Positions 50,169 through 59,999 of a stretch of 64,000 nucleotides of DNA are shown piece after piece. The DNA comes from Takakia lepidozioides (lineage: Eukaryota; Plantae; Bryophyta), in NCBI GenBank assembly GCA_030704615.1, contig CM060731.1:34224001-34288000 (forward strand), given 5' to 3'. Position 1 is the stretch's first letter, and the number at the start of each line of letters is the position of its first letter. The notes beneath the pieces were generated by a model. The model was not told the DNA's origin, made no database searches, and saw nothing but the letters and a program-made list of their open reading frames with translations. The position numbers were made by a program, and so were the translations under genes.

Positions 50169-50485
50169 TGATAAAGAAGAAGAATACAAGCATGAGCTCA
50201 CAAATCTGAAGCATAAACTCATGCATATATAACCTCATCACTCAAATACAAGTCAAGCCAAGTGCACCCCACGCCATGGGGAATCCACACTACGGCGCCA
50301 TAGCTAGGTGCGGTGAGGCTCAAGTCGAGAAAGATGAGCCTCCCGCGCTTGCCGTGAAGATAACCACTCCAGGGCCTAAATCTGCCTTGACCCCTGGATT
50401 GACACTTGGGCCAATCCCAAATGTCAATATGTAAAAGCTAGCTATTTTCTAGCTAGTTTCACACTAGTGGTAAAATAACTTGACA

Positions 50486-53400
50486 GGCCGGGTCCAACTG
50501 AAGGGAAGTTATATCAGAACTTCCCAGCAGGAAGAAGGCCTTTTTTTTTAGCCAATCTCGAGTGGAGGATCCCAGCTTGTCCCGTCCTGATCATGGAGGG
50601 GAGAAGGGGCCGAAGCCTTAGAGCTGGTGTCTTGGCTATGATTCTGTATGCGACATTGAGGAGAGTGATTGGCCTGTAGTTGCTAATCGATGCCCTATCC
50701 CCTTTCTTGATCAATAGTAGGGTAATAATTCCTTGGTTCATAGCCTCGGGCATGAAGCCTTGGCTTTTAATGGCGTTGGCCATATCACAGAAGTCCCCCG
50801 AGATGGAGATCCATAGAGCTTTATAGAATTCCAGAGGCAGGTAACAAACTCCTTACCAGGAATCAGTAGCGCTAACATGACAAAGAACTTTTTGGTCATT
50901 AACCACGGAGGCAGCCAAGGAGTCTCGAGGTTTTCTACGAACGATGGTATTTTGAGGTGTTCCGAGTTAAGCTTGTAGACTCCTCTTCCTCTAGGTTGAG
51001 AATTAGGAAGCTTCATTGTGGCCGAAACAAGGGCATGATCGAATCCTAGGGGTATGGGTTCTTGGGGATAGTAGAAGGTGCTTGGAGATAGGGAGAGGGA
51101 GGTATATAATCGATCTAGTCTAGCCATGCTAAGGTCGCTGATATCTCTGTTGTTGGACCAGGTAAAGAATGGAGAGGTTCATGATGGATCTATCGGTGGA
51201 CGGTCTATTTCTGCTAGGCTATGCGTTTGAGTCAGACATTGCCAGGTCAAATATTCCTCGAGGCTAAGGTGATGCGAGCCTCTGCCTTTCCTATCACATT
51301 CGTTTTCCACCATATTGAAGTCTCCATCCATTACCCGTCTGTTGATGTCTTGATGTTGAGACATTAGCAGGCGCATTCTGTCCCAGAGTGCTGCTCTGGG
51401 AGCTGGTTCATTTGGGGAATATATGTTGATGAAGCCGATTGGTTCAGTGTCATTAGGGAAAAATAGAGAGCAAAATTGCCCTCTCCCATCCTCCTAGACT
51501 TCATCTTTGAGGAGAAACTGCTTAAGGGAGGGGGTGAGGAGGATGGTTGTGCCTCCTTTTGAACCCTCATAGGAAGGTTTCCAAAGAGTGGAATCTGTAG
51601 GCTAGAGCTGGTTTGTAAGGTTTCTAATTTTCCTATTGCATAGCTTGTGTTCTTGAAGAAAAACAATAGAGAGGGAGGGGAGCAGTGGTCTCAGCCACGC
51701 AGATAGCTTGATTTTCTTCAAGGCCATCTGATCCGACCCGAGGCCATGGATATTCCAGGAGGATAAACTAACCTGCATCTGGGGTTGTCGATAGGCTGAG
51801 GGGAGAAGACTCATTTGATGGCCTGGATGCAAAGAATCTGAATTTGATTCTTTTGTCTGACGGGATGAAGGAGGGTGACCAATAGTGGCTGATGGATGCA
51901 GTGAAAATTGGTTTTTTGAGATGGACAAATATGGCTGGGGTGCTGAGAGAGATGTTAAGAAGGATCCCCGTGCAGTCAAGAAGTATGAATCTTCCTGTGT
52001 GCTGAAGGGATGTCTTAATTGAGACTGGACAGGGGAGAGGCAGGTTGTGAGGTTCAAGGATTCGGGCGAAGTTGTCTTGCGAGGGTGGGTAGGTTATGGA
52101 TGGTAGAATCTTCCGAGAGGATGGGAGGGACATGATAGGGCGTAGACATAGGATTTTGCATTTGCTGCGGAGATTAGGATTAACATAGAAAAAAAGGATA
52201 GGAATGGACCAAGCAGGGGATAGGGGACTTACAGAGAGCGGGAGGGATGCATCAGGAGCAGGAGTTGGGGAAGGTAGAAGAGCGAAGGGAACTGTATTTG
52301 CCCTTTGTTGCTGAGACGAGTGAGGCGCTTGCTGGGTTTGGAGCTGAGAGACCTGCAGGTCCGAGGAGCTGGAGGTCGAGATCTCCCCAAAGGGGTCATA
52401 GGAGTGGTCGATGAAGCCCGCTGGGCGTTGCTTTTTCCATGCTCCATTTTCTCCCCCCTTTTCTGTTTCGATGATGGCTTGAAGAATTGAGAATGTGTTG
52501 CTAAGAGTGTCTGAGGATCTAGTCAGAGACTTGGTGTAAGTGTGTGGACCAATAAGTGATCATACTGAGCCCAAACTCCTGGCAGAGATGTGCTGGTGTT
52601 ACCAAGAAGCTTGTCTTCGTCCCTAATGGCCAGAATATGGGTGTTGGGGGTGAGATCTTCGCAAAGGCCTAGGAACTCCTCCGAGTAAGCCCCCCATGTG
52701 ACTGCAGATGTGGATGGTAGAGAGTATAGAGGGAGGTTAGCTTGGAAGCAATCATTTATTTTGTTGCATAACGTTGGAACTGGGTTGTTGTCCATAGGGC
52801 TCTTGGAAATGAAAGATTGAACATCTCGTACCGAGATCGCTGTATCCTCCGAAACCTTGACTGAAAAGTAATTTCCTTGCTCATCTATAGGTAGCATGAT
52901 AAAATCTGGCAAGATTTTGTCCGCTGGCATCACCACCACTATCTTCACGAAACTCATTGGGCCTTGATGCAATAGTAGCCCTCCTCCAGGCTGGGTCTTC
53001 TCTCGATAATGTTGCACTCATGCTTGGGTCCAAAGTAGCCAGACACCCCATGAATGCTCCGAAGAAGTTTCCAATCGTCGGCAGGCAAAATAAATATTGA
53101 TCTGGTATGTAGGGTAGAGATATGATCCGAGGGCTTCAGATCTTACCATTTATGTTGCCCATGTTTTTAGACCATGGAAATATGTTGACGTTGAATCCAT
53201 GCAGAGTAGGATTGAACGTCAGCGCTTTTTCTTCTGCTTCTTTAGAGTCCAGGAGAACCGAGAAAAAACCACGACCTCTGGGTTGACATAAATGATGGTG
53301 CAGGTCTCCAGATCCCCCGAGGTGAGTTATGGCCCAGTTGCGGGCATGAGATCTGCTTACCTTCTTGCCTAGGAAGTGTAGAAGGATCCCATTACTTTCA

Positions 53401-53580
53401 TAGTGCTCCACGTTGAATTTGATCCGATTGATCTCGACTGCCACCAAGGGCTGCATGTTTTGCAGGATTGCAGTATCTGTCGAGGAGGTCAGCGTCATGG
53501 GCCGCCTGAGGCGAATCGCCGGGGCTGGAATCTTCTTCGTTGCTATCACAGTGGGTCGTTGGGTTTCCTGGTTTGTCATG
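50486..53580 (-). mobile_element. L1-type LINE-1, 5' part: ORF1 (DUF4283-like), APE endonuclease, RT start; RT core deleted
   Basis: RGRGFFSVLLDSKEAEEKAL...NIFPWS; SWNIHGLG, FLQEHK, GDFNMV, ARLDRLY, FDHALV; KKGDRASISNYRPITLLNVAYRIIAK. Confidence 0.88.
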
Positions 53581-55715
53581 CGTTGTGAGGAACGGTTGAA
53601 TGGTAGGTGAAAGAAGTATTGCAGTACCTCCTTTCGTTCCCGTGGAAGTGGGTTTCCATAAGGAGTTGGCTAATGGCCATAGATAATCAGAGAGGCTATC
53701 TATTTTCCCTTGATCTAGTTTATGCTCCTGCAGAAATATGACGGAATGATTTGCAAGGTAGGGAGTTAGCCAGGTTTTAATTTTCAGCCTTTTTTAGAGA
53801 AGCTGGGTCTGCTCCCAACCCTCTTATATTCCATGAATGGAGGTTAAAGATCATTGGCAGGTCGTGGTAGGCTGAGGCTGACAGTCTCATTTGATAGCCT
53901 AGAAGTGTGGTAGAAGAATTTAACCCTACTGTCTCTTGGTCGCAGGAAATTTTTCCAGACATAATTGTCCGGGGGCTTGCGAGTTTTGTTCTGGATGAGT
54001 ATGAAAACCCCTCTTGGTTTTGTGTTTTTGGGTAGTTCTTGGGATGAAAGGAATTGTTCTGCAGACACTGTGGAGATGGTTACAGATAAAACCGAGGCGT
54101 CAGCCGGGAAAAACACAACGTTGAAAAGATCGTTAAAACCAGGGTATCTCTCACTGAGTGAGCCATCAGAGGGAAGAGTCCCAAAGGGTATGTTTTCTGG
54201 CAAATCAAACACTGGCAGCCTATGTCTGACCTGCTTCCCCCCCAAGTATCTCCCTTTCTCGCATAACATCCAACATCTAGCAGGGTCCCCAGATAAAACC
54301 TGATAAATGAAACAGGGTGAGAGAGAGGATGGTACCTTGTTTGGGGAAGGTGGAGAGGAGGGAGTTAAGACCTTGGGTGGAGAAGTCATTTGAGAGTTCG
54401 GTAGCGAATCAGCCTGGGTTGTGTCAATGATTGTTGGGGAGGATAATTGTTTAGCTCCTTTTACCGAGTCCATTATGTTTTGATTCCCCTCCTGCGTAGA
54501 AGATTCCACCTGGGAGTCTGAGGAAGAGTGAGAGTGATCTGCCCGCCTGGTGCCATTAATATGATCTCTTGTCCTTTGAACCTCCATTCTGTAATTTTCC
54601 CCATCCACTTCAGAGTCCAAGTGGGCTCCCAGCAACTGAAACCCATTTATTGGGGTATCCTGGTTTCGAATTTGCAAACTGTGACTCCCTTTGGGGGCTG
54701 AGAGCAGATCCTCATAAGTCCAGATAGCCTTGATCGGTGGAGGAGAGGCATAAATTTCTGCATCCTCCATCAGGGCTAGAATGTGGGTTGAAGGTTTGAC
54801 ACTAAGTCCAGGATAGTCTTCCAGGTATGCCCCCCATGAGATTTTGGTGAGGGTTGAAAGTGGATAGTGTTTTTGTGGCTTGAGGAAGAACTGCTGAATT
54901 TTCCCCTTGAACAAAATTTGCGAATTGGTATTGGGTGGGTTGGATTGCAGGAAATGCTTGAGATTTGCTGATGTTATCCATAATGATTCGACTGTTTCCC
55001 AATCGTCTGATGTAATCAGGATAGCCGGGGGTTTGTTTTTTCGAAAGATCATCAAGGGTGTCACACATGCTACCTTCGGGGAGTCGACAATTTCTAGTGC
55101 TGAGCATCCCACCAAGTTTAGGTGTGGGAATGAGCCGATTTGGAGACAGTTGTTAGCAAACCTGGAATTACATGCAATTCCAGTGGTGATTTTGGGGAAG
55201 GAATTGCTGGTAGGAAGTGTCAATCTGGCTACTCTTGGGGGTGAGGTATCTTGATGCTTTCCTTTTCCTTGGCCGATAGATGCCCCCTGCTGCTGTGTTT
55301 CTGTAAGTTTTCCTTTCCCCTTTGTGATGGCATTCATCTGTTGCTGGTGGGCCATCAACTCTTCTTGCATGGGATCCTTGGGTGTCTCCTCCCTTCCGGG
55401 GCTTTGCCATGATCTGAGCTGTAGAGGGTCATTTGGTATATTGTGTAGGGCTTGTTGCCCGCGGGGAATTGTTGAAGGCCCGGGTTGTGGTGTGGGAGAC
55501 TTTAATTCCTGCCAGTGATCTGCTGCTGATTCTGGGCCCCCTCCTTGTTCTTGTCTCCGTGGTTTGGATGGGGTCATGGGCTGGGTTTGCTTGCGCTTGG
55601 CTGCCAGACAGTCGATTTTGAGATGTCCCAACTGGCCACAGTTGAAGCAAGCCGCATAGGTGGTATCCTCTATGAGTTGGATTGCAATTTTGTGCCTTAT
55701 CCCTACCCAACTCAA
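53581..55715 (-). mobile_element. LINE-2 inverted 5' segment: ORF1 C-terminal half (CCHC knuckle) and ORF2 start
   Basis: CFNCGQLGHLKIDC; MIFNLHSWNIRGLG...IFLQEHKL...KGGTAILL ending at ~53581. Confidence 0.85.
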
Positions 55716-58700
55716 CAGGTCCGATTGGGCTGGTGAATATCTATGCACCCAACAATTCTACTTGACAGAGCAGAATTTTGGAACACTCTCAACACCAAAA
55801 TGAGGGAACAACCTTCAATAGATAGCTGGATATTGTTTGGAGATTTTAATATGGTGGAGATGCAAGAGGATAGAAGAGGCGCGGGGTTATTTACCTCAAA
55901 CCTAGAAGAAATGGACCAGTGGTTCAACTGCATGCAAACACACAACCTCACCGAAGCAGTGCCAATCTTTGGACAGTCATCAAACATCACCTTTACCTGG
56001 TCCAATAACCGTTCTCTTGCATATCTAAGTATGGCTCGTCTTGACAGGGCTTACATTTCCCTTGACCTAGTTCAATATGCAAAGAGAGCCCCTCAAGAAC
56101 CAATACCCTTATGCTTTGACCATGCACCAATTACCGTCTCCATAACCCTACCGGACTCTTACAGAAGGGGTAGAGGCCTTTACAAAATAAATAACCTCCT
56201 CCTTAAGCTGCCAAGCTTCAAGCAAGGCCTGCTAAGGGCTTGGACTCAGGCGGGAATTGACCTCCTGGACCCTACGCATCTCTTCCTAGCCAAGTTGAAG
56301 GCTGTCAATATTGAATGTCAGAGGATGAGTCAGGAACTAGCAAGCATCAGAAAGAGGAAGGTCATGGCCTTAAATAATGCCTCAAAGTCTGTCAATCGAA
56401 AATAGAATCCACTCGATGTGATGAAGACACATACCGTACATATGTCCAAGCCAGAAACAACCTTGACATTCATCACAAAATCCAGGAGAGGAAGTGGAAG
56501 CTGCAGGCGGGTGTCAACTGGTCTACAAAAGGAGAAAAAATGAATAAATATTTTTTCAACAAAACAAGATTGAGACATGTCTCTCAAACAATATCTGAGC
56601 TCATGAACAGCCATCAGGCACTTCAACTTCTACACCAAAGGCCATGGCCAAGCTGGCTGGCAGGCACTACCATAATTTTTTTCATAGTGACCTCGACTCC
56701 CTGCAACCAACAGAAGAACAAACATCTTGTTTGATCCACACCCCTACCCTGTTGTCCCACCAGTTCACTTCCCAATTAGAAGGAGATTTCACAAATATAG
56801 AGCTGGGTGAAGCATTATCCAAACTACAGAACAACAAATCTCCGGGCATAGACGGTTTATCAGTGGAATTTTACAAAGCATCGTGGCCGGAAATCTCAAG
56901 GGATTTCACTGCAATGGCAAACCACGTGTTTCAACGGGGACACATGCCCCCCATTATGACACAAAGAGTTATAACCTTACTCTATAAAAAGGGTGATAGA
57001 ACAAACATATCCAATTATCGGCCCATACCCCTCCTCAATGTCGCTTATAAGACAGTGGTGAAGGCATTGGCCCTCATATTGCAGCCTCTCCTTCCAACTA
57101 TTATTAGGCCAAATCAAACAGGGTTTATCAAGGGTAGATACATATTGGATAACCTCCTTCTAGCCCAAGAAATTCCAGACTTCGCTGCTAGAACAAACCA
57201 AGCTATTGCCCTCCTCCTTTTAGACTTTGAGAAGGCTTTCGATCGTGTTGAATGGTCATACCTGCTGGCAGCCCTGGCTAAATTGGGTTTCCCCAATCCT
57301 TTTGCAAATGGGTCAGGATATTACTCACCGATGCATCTAGCAGAGTCTCAGTCAATGGCCATTTATCAGCTTCGTTCCCTCTGCAGCGCTCAGTGAGACA
57401 AGGGTGTCCCCTCTCACCTTTCTTGTTTCTGGTGGTAGTAGATACACTAGGCTATATGCTACAACAAAATCAGTTTATAAAGGGCCTTAGGGTCACTAAC
57501 TACATTACCGGGCAGTACAATTTCTTGGTGGACTCGATGTTCGTTGATGATACTTTTTTAATGTTGCAAGCCACCCCGGAAAACTTGGACCAAGCAGGGT
57601 TTACCTTGAACAAGTTTTGTGCAGCATCTGGATTCAAAGTAAACTGGAATAAAACTTCAGGTTTACTAGTACGTTACCTCTCAAAATCCACAATGGCCCC
57701 CGCCCTCATGGGGAATGGATCAAGGGCTAAGGTGGCTCAAACCTAGGGAGACCACCACACTATTGGGCTACACATATGGAATTGGACTAACAGACCAACA
57801 GATTTTTGCTGCCACAGTGACCAACTTGAAGAGGAAACTGACTTACTGGGGTTGAAAACATCTCTCAATTACAGGAAGAGCCCTTGTTGCTAATCAGATC
57901 CATTCAGCTGGATTATGGTATTATGCTTCTTCCTGGCGCCCAAGCTCTAAACAGATTCAGGAAATTAAGCGCCTGCTTAGGAACTTTGTCTGGGGAGCTG
58001 AGACCTCATCCCAAAACAAACGACCGCTTATAGCCTGGGCTCAAATTTGTTTACCTAAAAAGAAGGGGGGGTTAGGGATACTCGATCCAGAAACACAGAT
58101 TGTAGCTCTTCTTGGCAAATGGATACCCAGGTTTCTAGGGCCGGAGGGGGGATGGTGGAAATTCTTGGTCTATGACCACATTACAAAATCCTCCCCTCTC
58201 AAGACTACCCAATGGAGCCCTTCCCTACGTTGGCTCACTCAAGGATTTAATCTTAAGACAGTGGGATCTGCTCTATGGTCTAACATCTGGTTAGCCTGGG
58301 GGCGGCTAAGGAAACTGCTTGTAAAAGCCCAGCCAAGTACCTTCTATGAAGTTAAGAGACAACACTTGTTTGTAAACGACACTCCTCCGATCCCTTCTCA
58401 GAAAAACCAGGCAAAAAGGTGGTCCAAATGGGACTGCCTTGGGATCACACAGATTCATAACATATGGTCAGGGAACGGTCTCATATCTCTACAATCTATG
58501 GCTCTGGCTGTGGGCCTCGCAAGGGCCATTAAAGGCCACCAACAACTTGTTCAATCTATACCAGTGCAGTGGTTGGCCACCCTTTCCGCTGGCCCTCCGG
58601 AACCAGTCCCAAAATCCTGGGCACTCATCATACTTCACAACCAGCTTACTATTGTATTCGTAGATGACATATCCATAAATGACATAGTTGTTTACACATT

Positions 58701-59882
58701 CGCCATCAACACCACCTCCCTAAGACTCACACTTACCTCTACAGAACCTTTGACAATCCGAACTATGCCTCTCACCCCAGTTTGTGTCTGCTGCTGGACA
58801 GCCACGGATAAGGGAATGAATCCCCAGCCACCCCTCACTATCACCACTAGAGCTTGGCTAGCAACCAACTCCTTTGTATGGATTTTGGGTAGGCCGCTGG
58901 CAGAATTGGAAATTGACCCCTCCAAATGGTTGTGGAAATTCAACACCTCCCCATAACCCTTTTTTGCATATACAACCAAAAGGGGCTACAAGGCCCTGTC
59001 AGTCACCCAACCCATGCACAAGAAATGGGAATCAAAATAGGGGCTCTACAACTTCCGCGATGAGAACTGGAAAATTATTTGGGGCTCAGTGTATGATCCA
59101 GTTTCCAAGAATAGAACCCTAAATCGCCCAGTGTTTGAAACCCTCAGAGCCTCTGCAATGTGGCACTTATGGAAACTACGTTATAAGAACACTTTCCAAG
59201 GCCACACAACAACAACATCCTCTCTCCTTGCCACTGTTTTTTGGGATTTACAAATTGAGGCTAGGAAAACATGGGGCAAACTCTGTGCAGACATTGAACG
59301 TGACGCCACGAATGCAGATGCGCTCCACAGGAAGTTTCAACACACCTGGGGCAGACAGGGCCTCATATGCAGCAGCCCTGTGCAAGACCAATGCAGCTGG
59401 AACGAGCTCCCCCCTCAGGCCTGGCGAGATCTTCGTGCACCACTCAACTCTTTCCCCGGAGTTTGAATGGGACATTAACTGGAAACATCAGAAGCCTTCA
59501 TCAACTGCTTCTAAGTTGCACTATAGATAGATCTCTCTCTCAACTCCCCCATATTCAAAGATCTTATTACCCTCTCCCGACATCGCTCTCCCTGTGTCAT
59601 CGTAGACAGAGTAGGGTATGCGTTGTTAAGATTTAGGTCTCGGGCAGAGAGCCCTATTTTTTGGTCTCTTGGACTTTCCTACAATCGGAGGTGTTTGGCT
59701 CCTGGATCACGGATCTCTGTATAAGTGTCCATCAGTAGAGGCACGGTATTTTGTTCTACAGACTTAATCTCCATCAGGAGATGATTGGCTCATAATACAC
59801 TGAATACGGAGTGTGTGCCTTATGGCGACAACGGGGTTTTAATTTTTTTTCCCCTCAATAATTATCAATAAAGTAACCAGGG
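55716..59882 (+). mobile_element. LINE-2 non-inverted 3' segment: APE remainder, RT, C-terminus, 3' UTR (frameshifted)
   Basis: IGLVNIYAPN, GDFNMV, ARLDRAY, FDHAPI, NKSPGIDGLSVEFYK, YRPIPLLN, LDFEKAFDRVEW, RQGCPLSP, FVDD. The 3' UTR resembles the reverse complement of 24065-24120. Confidence 0.92.
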
Positions 59883-59886
59883 ATTC

Positions 59887-59888
<2 letters not shown>

Positions 59889-59924
<36 letters not shown>
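59889..59924. repeat. (TA)n microsatellite
   Basis: TA dinucleotide run. Confidence 0.9.
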
Positions 59925-59999
59925 AGAAAAAAAAGTAAATGATAACATTCTTTTTGAGAAATTTAAAAATATAATCTTTTTCTTAAGGCTTTAACTTTA

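Larger units (their letters stand above)
25201..50485 (-). mobile_element. Ty3/gypsy-like retrotransposon copy 2 (split LTR, gag-PR-DNMT-[RT/RH/IN deleted]-PHD) with nested CACTA
   Basis: Ends TGTC...GACA; 4-bp TSD GGCC (25197-25200, 50486-50489); 5' B at 50169-50485; PPT at ~31019-31029; 3' UTR motifs shared with copy 1. Confidence 0.92.

Noticed and set aside
25201-50485. DIRS/PAT/Ngaro tyrosine-recombinase element (suggested by split repeats plus a methyltransferase)
   Set aside because: Aspartic protease, PPT and 4-bp TSDs are present, the sister copy has a DDE integrase, no YR motif was seen, and the MTase is C5-type rather than the DAM-like type of DIRS.
53844-55748. 634-aa ORF as a standalone gene
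   Set aside because: It is the inverted LINE ORF1 C-terminal half; its ATG comes from the antisense of the neighbouring endonuclease segment.
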